Assembly: GCA_029856155.1 (NCBI GenBank)
Contig: JAHQWL010000081.1
Span: forward strand, 1-64,000
Source: Promethearchaeia archaeon
GTDB taxonomy: Archaea > Asgardarchaeota > Lokiarchaeia > Sigyniarchaeales > SOKP01
Length of the DNA: 64,000 nt
Direction: 5' to 3'
In this document: positions 40,572-51,753 of the stretch, piece after piece
Layout of the letters: each line of letters opens with the position of its first letter
Numbering within the stretch: the first letter of the stretch is position 1
Translations under genes and position numbers: made by a program
The notes under the pieces: generated by a model
What the model was told of the DNA's origin: nothing
The model's database searches: none
The model's input: the letters and a program-made list of their open reading frames with translations, nothing else

Positions 40572-41192
40572 CTATTGATTTTCTACTTTTTTAATTTGAA
40601 GGGAAATTTTTTTAACTCTATAAAGATATGTGCCTATTACAAGCCACATATAAATAAATAAAAATTCTGCGGTAAAACCATAGAAAAAAGCGAATAACAT
40701 TGTTATAAAAATATAAAATAATCTTTCAGATCTAGCCATCAAACCTATGTCAAAATCTCCTTTGAAAAAAACCTCCACTCTAGCTCTACAATAACTAATC
40801 ATAAAAGAAATGAGATACGATATAAGTAAAATAAGTTTCATATCAATATAATTCCATAAATAATTATTCCAATTAAAAATAATAAGTCCCAAGAATATAA
40901 AAAATTCTGATATTCTATCCATCACAGAATCAAAAAATCCGCCAATCTTTTTCACTTTCCCAGTCAATCTAGCAATGGCACCATCACAGCCATCCATGAT
41001 TCCCGTTGTAAATACTAAAATAGAAAATATTAAGAGATTTCGAAAAAGTGCTAAATATATAAAACTAAGAAACGCAAAACAGAGCATAAAAATTGTGGCT
41101 AAATTTGGAGTTATACCAATTTTGCTTAAACCTTTAGAGAGTACTGTTATTAAAGGTCTGAAAATATACCGTAACCGATACCGTGAGGGCAT
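40572..41192 (-). CDS. CDP-alcohol phosphatidyltransferase (archaetidylinositol-phosphate synthase-like)
   Basis: TPN, DGCDGAIAR...GGFFDSVMDR, SYCRAR, R.ERL. Confidence 0.88.
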   Translation of the reverse strand: MPSRYRLRYIFRPLITVLSKGLSKIGITPNLATIFMLCFAFLSFIYLALFRNLLIFSILVFTTGIMDGCDGAIARLTGKVKKIGGFFDSVMDRISEFFIFLGLIIFNWNNYLWNYIDMKLILLISYLISFMISYCRARVEVFFKGDFDIGLMARSERLFYIFITMLFAFFYGFTAEFLFIYMWLVIGTYLYRVKKISLQIKKVENQ

Positions 41193-41324
41193 AACTAGAC
41201 TTTATTTTACTTTATTTATAATTTTAATATAATATATTTTACATATTAATATAGGATAATTTTTTTATTTTGATCATTTTAAATATATAATTAACTCATT
41301 ATTCAATAGAGAGATTGATAACTC

Positions 41325-41630
41325 TTGAAATTACGTTTGATTTTAAAAACAAATACAAAGAAAAAAAAAGAAATAATATTAAAATTAAGTATCCCACCAA
41401 GTAAACATATTGGTTTTATAAACTTTATAAACTTAGCCTTAAAACAAGATTTACCAATAGAATTATCTTTTGAAAAAATATCAAAAACGGGAGAAAGAGA
41501 AGAAAGCAAAATATTTGGGCAATTCAAATTACAAGGTAAACCAGATTCACAATTATATGGATTAGAACAAGAAATCCAGGAAGAAGAGCGCAAGAAAAAA
41601 AAATTGCAGCAAAAAAGAAAACAAAAATAA
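41325..41630 (+). CDS. Hypothetical protein
   Basis: 101-aa ORF with a basic tail. Confidence 0.55.
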   Translation: MKLRLILKTNTKKKKEIILKLSIPPSKHIGFINFINLALKQDLPIELSFEKISKTGEREESKIFGQFKLQGKPDSQLYGLEQEIQEEERKKKKLQQKRKQK

Positions 41631-41682
41631 TTCCTCTGGTATGAAAAACTCTCTAAAAGTCTCTGTTTCTGGACGTATTTGC

Positions 41683-42706
41683 TTAAAGTTTTCTATACTC
41701 AAACTCCCAAGTTTTTTTAACGCAAAGTAAATCATTTATTGTATCATAAATTATCGCTCTTTCACTAAGCCCGCCAGATCTTCTCCCTCTATCTCTATTT
41801 GTCTTAATTCTAATTCTCTTTTTATGTTGTCTATGTTTTCTTGGTATGTCATATCATAATCTAAAAATAATTTTGCTCCTCCAACTATAAGAGCTTTAAT
41901 ATTTCTTTTATTTGCACCATGATAGAGTAAATTATTATATAAATCTTTAACTGATGTGTCTACAAAGGTATGAGGGAAAAGTAGATGATAACCTTGTTTC
42001 GAAGCTGATGACGAGGGCAACGATATATGCGACATTGTAAAGATATTATTCACTGTATCTTTAAGAATTAGAGCAATACCTGATCCTAATCTATGTATAA
42101 TAAATTTAGTTGCTGCTTCATCTTTGTCGAAAGAATTTATCAAACCATAATATCCCATAGGAATTTTTAATTCATTATTATTATTTGGATGATCTATTCG
42201 ATCTAAACGTTCTTTTTCATATTCATTGAGATTTTTATTATTATCTATCCTTTTTTTTGAAATTCCATTAATTTGAACTTCTTGTTGTACAACTTGTCTT
42301 GTATAATCTCCTACTTGCCTTACTCGGAGCTCAAACTGTTTCTCTTTTTGTTCTACTAATCTTTCTCGTTGCTCTACTTGTTTAGTAAGACGCTCTAAAA
42401 TTTCTATACGGTTTTTAACTTCTTGTTAAAATACTCAAAAACAGAATAATTTCGGAAAAAATACGTATAGTTTATTGTGAACTTATCGAGGAACAGCTCT
42501 ATTTCTCTAGGATAATTGCGCAAATAATCGATATAGTCCTGATAATAATTTAGGTTTAAATTCTTCATCCTAAAATCAATTCGCTTTTCAAGGAATTTCC
42601 TTTGATAATGATCAAACTTCATTCCTGTTGCGTTTTTTAGCTCTTCTATAAGAGCATCTATAGATGATGGATTGATCGATGATGATGCTGAAATTTTTTA
42701 CACCAA
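41683..42706 (-). pseudogene. Decayed CheR(N)-coiled coil-CheD fusion gene
   Basis: CheR N-terminus (RIDFRM..L....Y..YL, FTINYTYFFRN), coiled coil in frame with CheD-like domain (LGSG, HISLP, FVD, KALIVGGA); early TAA, apparent internal deletion near 42430, 1-bp deletion near 41776. Confidence 0.75.
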
Positions 42707-42851
42707 AGCGCCTGCTATTACGATTTTTTACTCAATTGTAATATGAGTATGCTAATATTAATATTCATTGGAAGTAAAATTTGTGATTAAGGGTGTAACA
42801 TAACATTTAAAACAAGTTTTGTGGTAAAAAAATCTATTGACATTATTTTAT

Positions 42852-43601
42852 TTAATTAAATGATATAAATCCGAGTTTAATGAGATTTTTGCATACATTA
42901 TAAACTTGGTTTTGATCCACATTTAGTTCTATGGATATCTGATTAACTGTTTTTTTTCCATTTATCTTCTCATAGATTACAATTGACGTCTCTCCTGTTA
43001 GATAATATTTAGGATTAATTTTTTTGGATGTTGTGAAATTGGGTACATATTCATAGAATTCGGGATCTTCTTCTGCACTAACTGTCTCGTCTTTTAGCTC
43101 TAACGGTTTTATATCATAATCTACAAAACTATTGAAAAACTCAAATATTTTATTATTAGTTTGATCTTGAACTTTTTTATTTTCTTCATCAAGAAATCTT
43201 TCAACAGAATATTCGAATTTTTTAAAATAATCTAACTTACCGTTCCAATTTGAAATTTGATCAATACTAAACTCATTTAAAAAACTGTTGGAAATTTTAT
43301 GTAGAAATTGTTGTACTTCTATTAATTCTGATTTGCTGTCATAAGTAGCAAGATAAATTAAATCTGGAACATTTGAATCTTTTAAGAAAGATAATTTCAG
43401 ATTATTATTTGATAATTTCAACTCAGAAATTGTCCCCATTGACTCAAACGAATCTGAAAAAGAATTCAAAGCTGAAAAAAATCCAGATACCATAATAAGA
43501 TTGTCTTCTTGAGACAGAAGATGGTTAATGTTTGAATTAGAAAAATTCTTAGAGAATAAAGGTAATCCATCTTTAATTATAATAACGTCGCAAATCATCA
43601 A
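42852..43601 (-). CDS. Longin-like domain protein with C-terminal winged helix
   Basis: DGLPLFSKNF, MVSGFFSALNSFS..G.ISELKL; INGKKTVNQIS.EL...CKNLIKLGFI. Confidence 0.7.
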   Translation of the reverse strand: MMICDVIIIKDGLPLFSKNFSNSNINHLLSQEDNLIMVSGFFSALNSFSDSFESMGTISELKLSNNNLKLSFLKDSNVPDLIYLATYDSKSELIEVQQFLHKISNSFLNEFSIDQISNWNGKLDYFKKFEYSVERFLDEENKKVQDQTNNKIFEFFNSFVDYDIKPLELKDETVSAEEDPEFYEYVPNFTTSKKINPKYYLTGETSIVIYEKINGKKTVNQISIELNVDQNQVYNVCKNLIKLGFISFN

Positions 43602-43736
43602 TCTCAGAAATTTATATCATATATTTTTCAGAATGTTTAAAAGCTATTTAATAATTCAAAAGTATCTATGTATTTGGAAAAAAAAAGAGTTATAATACAT
43701 CTGTGATATCAGTGTAATATAACCATTCAGTATATT

Positions 43737-44843
43737 ATGATTCGTATACGCGCTCCTGGCCGGATTAATTTATTTGGTGAGCATCAGGATTATTTAAATT
43801 ATCCTATTATTGCCATGGCAATATCGAAATATATATATCTAGAAGCAAAAAAGGTATCTAAGCCTTTCTTTTCAATAGAGCTCTCAGATTTAAATGAGAA
43901 TCTCGAAATCAAATTAAATAATAAAGAGTTGGAATATTTTTCAAAAAGAGATTATCTTAGGAGTGCTTATAATCATTATATACGAAAAGGGTTCAGATTT
44001 CATAGTGGGTATAATATCAAAATTACTGGAGACATCCCAGTTAATGCTGGAGCTGCTAGTTCCTCTGCATTAGTTATAGCTTGGCTATTTTTTTTAAATT
44101 CAATCAATAAAAATCATAAAAAGCTAAATAAGTATCAATTATCATTGATGGGATATGATACAGAAGTAATAGAATTCAAAGAACATGGTGGTTGGATGGA
44201 TCACTTTACCTCAGTTTATGGAAATCTAATATATCTAGAACCAAAAAATGATGGACCTGAGGTAATTCACAAAAGTCTAAACCTTGATGGTTTTGTATTG
44301 GGTAATTCTTTAGAAAAAAAAGAAACTGTGGAAGATTTATTTAAAGTTAAAGAGATTACAAAGAAAGCTTTTATAGAAATTAAAAAGATCATGCCAAATT
44401 TTAACCAATACCGCACTTCATTAGAAGAAGTAAAGAAATTTTTACCTAATCTTAAAAAAGAATATCAGAAAAAAATTATTGGAAATATAATAAATCGTAA
44501 TTTAACAATAAAAGCAAAAAAATTAATTTTTAATAGCTTCTTTGATGAAAAATATAATAATAATAAGCTTAGAAATAATTTTTATGTAAAACTAGGAAAT
44601 TTATTGAATGAACACCATTATCAATTGAAAGAAAATATTGAAATTTCAACAGATAAAATTGAGAAAATGATATCAAATTGTTTAGAATTAGGTGCTTTAG
44701 GTGCAAAAATTAATGGCTCTGGCTTTGGGGGAACAATGTTTGCGTTTTTTCCTAATAATGAGGATCGACTTGTTGAATCGATCGAAAAAATAGGAGGAGA
44801 AGCATTTAAAATAGAAACAAGTAATGGTGTGGAGATCTATTGA
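43737..44843 (+). CDS. galK: Galactokinase-like GHMP kinase
   Basis: APGRINLFGEHQDY, IPVNAGAASSSA, GAKINGSGFGG. Confidence 0.85.
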   Translation: MIRIRAPGRINLFGEHQDYLNYPIIAMAISKYIYLEAKKVSKPFFSIELSDLNENLEIKLNNKELEYFSKRDYLRSAYNHYIRKGFRFHSGYNIKITGDIPVNAGAASSSALVIAWLFFLNSINKNHKKLNKYQLSLMGYDTEVIEFKEHGGWMDHFTSVYGNLIYLEPKNDGPEVIHKSLNLDGFVLGNSLEKKETVEDLFKVKEITKKAFIEIKKIMPNFNQYRTSLEEVKKFLPNLKKEYQKKIIGNIINRNLTIKAKKLIFNSFFDEKYNNNKLRNNFYVKLGNLLNEHHYQLKENIEISTDKIEKMISNCLELGALGAKINGSGFGGTMFAFFPNNEDRLVESIEKIGGEAFKIETSNGVEIY

Positions 44844-45598
44844 AAGCCGTTATATTATGTGCAGGTTTAGGAAAACGTTTAAGGCCATATACAGATTCAT
44901 TTCAAAAATCAATGATACATATTCATGGTAAACCATTATTAGAATATATCATAAATGGATTAATCTATGCTGGATTCAAAGATCTAATAATAGTTGTAGG
45001 ATATAGGAAAGAACAAATCATTGAGTATTTTAAGGATGGAAAAAGTTGGGGGATAAAAATTGAATATCTTGAACAAATAAAACTTAATGGTACGGGTGGA
45101 GCAGTATTAGTGTGTGAAAATTTAATCCATAATTCGCATTTTTTTTTAACTTGGGGTGATATTTTAGTTCCATATAATATATATAAAGATGTAGTAGAAA
45201 AATTCAAAAAAGAGAATCAGAATTTTATACTGGTTACTAATTATACAGAAGATCCATATAAGGGTGGAGCTGTTTATTGTAAAAATGATTACTTATTAGA
45301 TATTATAGAAAAGCCATCTATAGGTAAATCTAAATCAAACTTGAATAATTGCGGAATTTTTATCTTCTCAGCAGAAATTTTCGAAGTCTTAAAAACTCTT
45401 GAACCTTCTAAACGAGGTGAAGTTGAATTAACAGATGCAATAAGGAATGGAATTAATTTAAGGAACTGGAAAGTTAGAGTAATTAAAATGGGAAAAAATC
45501 AATTTAGAGGAGATTTTGGAGATATTACATCATGTGAGAAATTACGTGAAAACTCATCCTGGCTTTCTAAATTGGTTAATGATAAGGAAATTATATAG
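44840..45598 (+). CDS. Sugar-phosphate nucleotidyltransferase
   Basis: ILCAGLGKRLRP, GTGGA, WGD, EKP, S.RGEVELTDA; overlaps the kinase stop. Confidence 0.9.
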   Translation: MKAVILCAGLGKRLRPYTDSFQKSMIHIHGKPLLEYIINGLIYAGFKDLIIVVGYRKEQIIEYFKDGKSWGIKIEYLEQIKLNGTGGAVLVCENLIHNSHFFLTWGDILVPYNIYKDVVEKFKKENQNFILVTNYTEDPYKGGAVYCKNDYLLDIIEKPSIGKSKSNLNNCGIFIFSAEIFEVLKTLEPSKRGEVELTDAIRNGINLRNWKVRVIKMGKNQFRGDFGDITSCEKLRENSSWLSKLVNDKEII

Positions 45599-45708
45599 AA
45601 TAGATTTTCAAATTTAAAGATTTAATTCAAAACTTAAATAAAAAGAGATCAAAAATATATTATTAAACTAAATTCAAAAAAGAACCTTATTATTATCTAA
45701 TGATCTAA

Positions 45709-47325
45709 ATGAGGATAAGAACACGAAAAAATCTTAAGAAAAAAAATGCAGTAATTACAATTTTCTTTCTACTTCCACTTATTAGTTTTGGGGCTTATGC
45801 TGGTTTATGTTTTTATATAATTGAAGATGTTGCTTCCTTTACCCAGAATCTTGATCCGCCAAATACAGAATATTTTTATAAATTAGATGAGATATTAGGA
45901 AATTCAACATACTTAGACAAAATGGCTAATATTTATGATAATCAGATGGAACATTTCCACATGCCTACAAATATTAGTGTTGATATTACCTTTAAAAATG
46001 ATAACTATACTGAAATTGAGACATGGCATGATACAGATAATGGAGCGTTAAAAATTGGATATACTTTGGCTTCCCAATGTTTCCGATATAAAGCAGCTGT
46101 AGATGAAGGAGATGCTAATGAACTTTTAAATGCCACTCGAATGGTAAAAAAATGTGTGTCTGCTTTTAGTAATATGATGGCAGCAACTAATGGGGGTATA
46201 GGTCCAGATTATCCAGGAACTCCCGCTAGATTTGTTTGTGCCCCTGAAAATCGAAAGTATCATCCTTGGATTTTTGAAGAACATCCACGACATTTTAATG
46301 GTACTGGAAAATATCAAAAATGGCGAGTTCGACTTCATACAAGTAGAGATGAATTAGCGGGCTATTATTTAGGATTTGCGTGTGTTCTAAAATTTATTGA
46401 TCCCAATCTTGATAGTAATAGTAAATGGTGTGTTGATCGTATTAAATTACTCGTAGAACAAATGATTGAAGGATTTAAAAAGACAAATTGGCTTGTTTTA
46501 GGTGGAGAGGGGGAACCAGTTGGTTCTGATTTAAATCCATATTTTGAAGGTAGTATGTGGCAATTAACTTTGCTTAGGATTGGTGCCACAGCTCTACCCG
46601 AAAAATACACTTCACTTTATCAATATTCAGCTGCTAAGATGCTTTCTATGAATGAAGCAGCTATGGGAGGGAAGCAGAATACTGTATATGATACATATGC
46701 ACTAGCTTTTGGGATGGATGTTGAAATTGCTTTAATTCTACTTGAAGATAATCCTTCATTGCAGTATCATTATATTAAAAATTTTGAAAATAAATTTTAT
46801 AGATATGTCAGATATCATCGAAATGCATTTTTTAATATTGGGCATCTAGTTTTTATGACCTTAATAGAGAATCCCTCTAAATTTGAAGATTCTTATTATC
46901 CAGACGAAATGATAAGATGGGATGTACTTGATCAATTATGGAGATTCAATACTTCTGGATGGGGGAATGGAATTAGAAATTACAATCTTACAGTAAGGCC
47001 AAATTCAACACGAGCAACAAGTCTTAACCCTGAAATCTCTCAGATGGAAATTGAACCTAACAAAGAAAAATGGCGAAATTTCTTCGATAATAATGTCTAT
47101 GGTGGACTTTTTTCTTGGCTCGAAGATGTTATCGATTTCGAAGACCCATTATATATTTTACCTTTAACAGTTTCAGAAATGGGAATACACAGCTACCTTT
47201 GGGAGCACTCTAAATTTTATGGAGAGGGTGGTAATAATGAACCAAGGGATAATGGCTTAAGTCAAGCAGTACCTACATCTTACCTTGTCGTTTATTGGAT
47301 GGGAAAAGCATTCAATATTTTTTAG
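45709..47325 (+). CDS. Membrane-anchored extracellular helical protein, possibly a glycoside hydrolase-like alpha/alpha barrel
   Basis: N-terminal TM; aromatic-rich, DNGA and SRDE motifs. Confidence 0.55.
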   Translation: MRIRTRKNLKKKNAVITIFFLLPLISFGAYAGLCFYIIEDVASFTQNLDPPNTEYFYKLDEILGNSTYLDKMANIYDNQMEHFHMPTNISVDITFKNDNYTEIETWHDTDNGALKIGYTLASQCFRYKAAVDEGDANELLNATRMVKKCVSAFSNMMAATNGGIGPDYPGTPARFVCAPENRKYHPWIFEEHPRHFNGTGKYQKWRVRLHTSRDELAGYYLGFACVLKFIDPNLDSNSKWCVDRIKLLVEQMIEGFKKTNWLVLGGEGEPVGSDLNPYFEGSMWQLTLLRIGATALPEKYTSLYQYSAAKMLSMNEAAMGGKQNTVYDTYALAFGMDVEIALILLEDNPSLQYHYIKNFENKFYRYVRYHRNAFFNIGHLVFMTLIENPSKFEDSYYPDEMIRWDVLDQLWRFNTSGWGNGIRNYNLTVRPNSTRATSLNPEISQMEIEPNKEKWRNFFDNNVYGGLFSWLEDVIDFEDPLYILPLTVSEMGIHSYLWEHSKFYGEGGNNEPRDNGLSQAVPTSYLVVYWMGKAFNIF

Positions 47326-47518
47326 AAATTTTTAAATGACGTTTTTATTACGCAAAATCCTCTGAGATTTAAATTTCTGATTGATTTTATAAAAATCTTG
47401 AAAAAAAAATTTACTTCTTTTTATATCAGATATTAGATTAGTATTTGAAATAACTATCAAAAAGTCTATATGTTAATTTCATTGGAAAAATAATTAATTA
47501 AACAAAGGGAACTAAAGG

Positions 47519-48034
47519 TTGGAACAAATTCTCGAGAAAAGAAGGATGATTATCTTCTGTGATCATGCTAATTTATTTCATAACATTGAAGAACTTAAAA
47601 TTAGGATTAATTATTTAAAATTAAAGGAACTTTTTACTAAAAATCATCACCTAGTTGGTTTTATCATCTACATGGGAATTCCAGATAAGATTTTACCTAA
47701 AAAACTAAAATTTTTAAATTATTTGAAATCTCAGGGATTTATCATCCAACCAAAAAGGGTAATTATTTCTCCAACAGGAATAAAAAAACAGAAAGGAGTA
47801 GATATTTTTATATATAAAGATATTGTAGAATTAGCTGAAGAAGATTCGTATGATAAGGCAGTTTTAATAAGTGGTGACTCAGATTTTCTCGATGTTGTAA
47901 AAAAACTTAAAGAATTGAAGAAAGACATTGAAATTTGGAGTTTTAAGAAATCAATCTCGCGAGTGTTAATAGAGGAGGCAGGTCAGGAAAATGTTCATTA
48001 TATTGATACTATATTAGATGAAATTCGATATTAA
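47519..48034 (+). CDS. NYN-domain (LabA/DUF88, PIN-like) protein
   Basis: D.ANL, QKGVDI, LISGDSDF. Confidence 0.9.
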   Translation: MEQILEKRRMIIFCDHANLFHNIEELKIRINYLKLKELFTKNHHLVGFIIYMGIPDKILPKKLKFLNYLKSQGFIIQPKRVIISPTGIKKQKGVDIFIYKDIVELAEEDSYDKAVLISGDSDFLDVVKKLKELKKDIEIWSFKKSISRVLIEEAGQENVHYIDTILDEIRY

Positions 48035-48340
48035 CCCATCAAAAAGTTACAAGTTTAAAAATAACAAGTAAGAATAATGATCGTTTTTTTGAATAATTTT
48101 CTCCTACCAGAGAGAATGGTGAGAAGATTTTCTAATTAAGTCATTCGCTAATCTCTTTTCCCTTCGAAAAAACTCTTCTCAAAAATTCTCTCTTTTTTTC
48201 TTTAAATTTCTGGCTTTAATATGGACACATAATTCTGATTGTTTTATTTAATCAACTTTATAAAAATTGGACTATTCAAGAATTATTAACAAAGTATCTT
48301 TTTGATTGTTATAGTAAAAGCTATTATCAAAAAAAAATAA

Positions 48341-48919
48341 ATGATAGAAATGAGTGGAGAAAATAAATATCGTCATAGGTATTATTATAAAGAATCTTAT
48401 GAAGCAGCTATAGGAACTTTTGCTACAGGTATAGTTTTTCTTTTTGTGGCAATATTATCACTGTTTTTTAGAACCTTTGATATAACGTTTATAGGACTTG
48501 CATGGTGGGGTTATTGGCTTTTCATTCCTGCTTTTTTCATCTTCATTGGAGGATTTGACCAACTTTATCGAAATTATAAGTATAAAGAAGTTGTTAAGAA
48601 TGCTGTTGCTCAACGAGATTTTCAAGGAACATATAAACTGGAGCATATCGCATTGGAAATAGGTATGAAACCAAGCGTACTACTACGTGTATTAGTAGAT
48701 CTAAGAAATAAAGGAATATTAAAGTATAGTTTTGATGCGGATTCAGGACAAATTATCTTAGGCCAAACAATAAAATATACTCAAGCGACTGAATATGTTC
48801 CACCTCCTAAAAAGATAGAAGAGCCTTTACCAACAGAAGGAAAAAACTTTTGCGTCTATTGTGGTCATAAACTTGAATCAAGTGGAAATTTCTGTCCTAA
48901 TTGTGGGTCTAATCTTTAA
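48341..48919 (+). CDS. 2-TM protein with winged helix and C-terminal zinc ribbon
   Basis: Two TM helices; LEHIALEIGM...LRNKG; CVYCG...CPNCG. Confidence 0.75.
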   Translation: MIEMSGENKYRHRYYYKESYEAAIGTFATGIVFLFVAILSLFFRTFDITFIGLAWWGYWLFIPAFFIFIGGFDQLYRNYKYKEVVKNAVAQRDFQGTYKLEHIALEIGMKPSVLLRVLVDLRNKGILKYSFDADSGQIILGQTIKYTQATEYVPPPKKIEEPLPTEGKNFCVYCGHKLESSGNFCPNCGSNL

Positions 48920-49008
48920 ATTTCTTTTAAAATCTACACCATTTTTTCTTTTTTCATTAATCCTTTTGGCAATTTTAAAAGCTTTTTTTTAATGAACTTA
49001 TATCTAAA

Positions 49009-49203
49009 TTAAGTTCTTCTTCTATCAGAAATTAAAATTCCACCAATACCAACATTTTCTGGCAAGTTTTCTTTAATAACTATAATAATGTGTTCTTTTG
49101 GAATATTATAGGCTCTTTCGACAGCAATAGTAATCTCTTTAATTAAATTTCGTTTTACTTCTAGATTTTCGATTTTAGGCCCATCTATTGTGATATTCGG
49201 CAT
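49009..49203 (-). CDS. dmpI: 4-oxalocrotonate tautomerase family (DmpI-like)
   Basis: Catalytic Pro-1, KR.LIKEIT, ENVGIGG. Confidence 0.88.
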   Translation of the reverse strand: MPNITIDGPKIENLEVKRNLIKEITIAVERAYNIPKEHIIIVIKENLPENVGIGGILISDRRRT

Positions 49204-49320
49204 AAATTAATACCTCCTTATATTTTTTAAAATGTAATGAATTAATTTTTTTATATTTTAAATAAATACTTAAATGATTAAATAAATTAATCATAAAAAT
49301 CAAGAATACATCTTGGTAAA

Positions 49321-49527
49321 ATGAAGAATTTTCTAATCCCTAAACCTAAATCTGGGGGGTCAATCCTTTCTTATAAATGTAACGGCAAATTTAAACATTG
49401 TATGTATTTTATCCATGTTTGCTTTGATATCAGAAAAGATGTAGTTTTGAAAACTAATAAAATAAATGAACTCACCCCTGCTGAATTATATCATCACATT
49501 AAAAAAAAAAAAGAAAATTTAGAATAG
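49321..49527 (+). CDS. Small hypothetical protein or gene fragment
   Basis: 68-aa ORF only. Confidence 0.3.
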   Translation: MKNFLIPKPKSGGSILSYKCNGKFKHCMYFIHVCFDIRKDVVLKTNKINELTPAELYHHIKKKKENLE

Positions 49528-49541
49528 ATTTAAATTTAGGA

Positions 49542-50948
49542 TTAAAGGTTTATCTTTTTCTCAGAGTGAAGTTTCCTTGCATCTTCAGTTAATTGAGTAT
49601 ACTTTTCTTTATCGATTGGGAAATACCTCATAGCTATTATTCCAATAATTAAAAATACTATTGGTAAGATAACCATGAGACTTCGAAGACCAAATTCCAC
49701 CGCATATTCTGCTGTGCTAAGATCGAAGATATTCCAATCTGTTCCAATGAATACTAATCCTATTGAGAGAAATACTACTACATTGGAGAATTTTACGATG
49801 AAGCCGTTTATTCCATAGAAATTACCCTCCCTTCTTACTCCCGTTTTTAATTCATCCTCATCGATAATTGCAGCAATTGTAATATCTCTAACAATTAATA
49901 CTCCTGCCAGCCCAATGCCTAATAAAAAGAAAAATATAAAACCTAAGAGTACTCCTCTAATAAACATGAGAGGTAACAATGTTATAATAAAAACAATCAA
50001 AGACAATATATAAGATCCTTTAGCACCAAGTTTATTTACAATTATTCGCCATGGAAATACAAATATTGCAGCTGAAACAAAACCAGTACCAAGTATTAAA
50101 GATAGCGTACCGGCATCTGAAACGCCTAAACATACCGCTCCATAAATTGGCATTATAGTAGGAATCATATTAAATGCATACCATAATGAAAAATTCCCAA
50201 GAACATATAGCTTGAACGATTTGTATCCAAATGTATATTTTAATGCTTGTCTAAACGGGGGAACCCTTTCATAGTCCTTAGAAAATTCAATTCTTTCTTT
50301 CAATCCAAATTTAATAAAAATAAACGCCCCAATTGCGCAAATAATTGAAATAACTGCAGCAGCTATTATGTATTGCAAATGTGTAGTTCCAATAGGTATA
50401 TTTTCACTGGTGAAGCTATCAATTAGAACTCCAGGTAATAAGAACGCAATCAATAATGATATCACTTGAAAAAATTGGATTGAATTATTAGCTTTAGATC
50501 TTTGATCTAAATCTCGAAACATCTCTGGAAATAAACTCGTTTGGTTTAATGAATACATTGTATAAAACAGTTCCCAAATTACAATTATGATTAAGAAATA
50601 AAAAAATGAAAGAAGATCAGATCCCCTAGGTGCCGTAAATAGTAGAATATTTAGAACAAGCAGTGGAATTATACCTATTATGATGAATGGTTTTCTACGA
50701 CCCATTTTAAAGTGTGATCTATCAGAAATTGCCCCGAGCATTGGATCATTAAAAGCATTCCATATTGCCCAGAGTATGAAACCAAGAGATATCAATCCTG
50801 CAGGCAATTCTATTATAGAAAAATAAAATGTAAATATTAAGAAAGTAAAAGATTGCAAAAAAATAACATCCGTAAAGCCAGCAAAACTATAAAGCACAGC
50901 TTTTTTTAAAGAATATTCTTCCTCTACATTGGGTTTTTCTTTAGACAT
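49542..50948 (-). CDS. MFS glycoside-pentoside-hexuronide (GPH) transporter
   Basis: WNAFNDP..G.ISDR...GRRKPF, IDEDELKTGVRREG. Confidence 0.9.
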   Translation of the reverse strand: MSKEKPNVEEEYSLKKAVLYSFAGFTDVIFLQSFTFLIFTFYFSIIELPAGLISLGFILWAIWNAFNDPMLGAISDRSHFKMGRRKPFIIIGIIPLLVLNILLFTAPRGSDLLSFFYFLIIIVIWELFYTMYSLNQTSLFPEMFRDLDQRSKANNSIQFFQVISLLIAFLLPGVLIDSFTSENIPIGTTHLQYIIAAAVISIICAIGAFIFIKFGLKERIEFSKDYERVPPFRQALKYTFGYKSFKLYVLGNFSLWYAFNMIPTIMPIYGAVCLGVSDAGTLSLILGTGFVSAAIFVFPWRIIVNKLGAKGSYILSLIVFIITLLPLMFIRGVLLGFIFFFLLGIGLAGVLIVRDITIAAIIDEDELKTGVRREGNFYGINGFIVKFSNVVVFLSIGLVFIGTDWNIFDLSTAEYAVEFGLRSLMVILPIVFLIIGIIAMRYFPIDKEKYTQLTEDARKLHSEKKINL

Positions 50949-51073
50949 AATTTTTTCCTATTTATTATTATTAGAACGATCTATGTAAAAAGTTAATAAT
51001 ATTTTGTTCGCAATATTTATAAAAATTCTTTAAACAAAATAATTATTTTATTTTAATTTTCAATATCATTTTA

Positions 51074-51656
51074 ATGCAACAACCAGCTATTCAAATTTCC
51101 ACTAAATTCAGAGAGGCTTTTTTTTTAAATATCAGATCAGTTTTAAATGTTACAAATTTAAATTTCTCCGAGCTGACAAATAATTTCAAAAGGATTTATT
51201 AATAAAGATCTCTCTGATACTTCTTTTGAAAAAACCCCTAATTTAGGGAATTTGAACCTTTTTGATCGTAATGATTTTCAAAATTCAACGAATAGTGTAA
51301 TTTCGAATCTTGTCACGGAGTTATTTAATAACATCAAATCAAAGGAAGAGTTTAAATATATTTCTGATTTGTTAATTACTTCTCTACATGAATATAAAAA
51401 GAGATTTCCAATTGATATAGAAACTGAGAATATAGAAAATTCTTTTATTGAATTCAATAAAAGTGAATCTAACAACTCGAGATATAACTTTAATGATTCA
51501 TATGACGAATATCTTTCCATTTCAAATGATATCCACACTATATTATCAATTTGTCAGGATTTAACTAACACGCAGAAACTTGATTTCTGTAATAATCAAA
51601 GGTATTTCATGAAATTGTATTTAAAAGAATTATTACTAAAAATTAATAAAGCGTGA
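51074..51656 (+). pseudogene. Hypothetical gene, probably frameshifted near 51190
   Basis: ATG 51074 frame (MQQPAIQISTKFREAFF...) stops just after TTCAAAAGG, where the frame of ORF 51252-51656 is open. Confidence 0.4.
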
Positions 51657-51753
51657 GTTTTGCTTAGAGTTTTAAGAATATTTTTCAAAATTAACTTTAA
51701 TATAGTAATTGACATTAAAAAATTAAAAAAAGGAAAAATTTAATTATTTTCTT

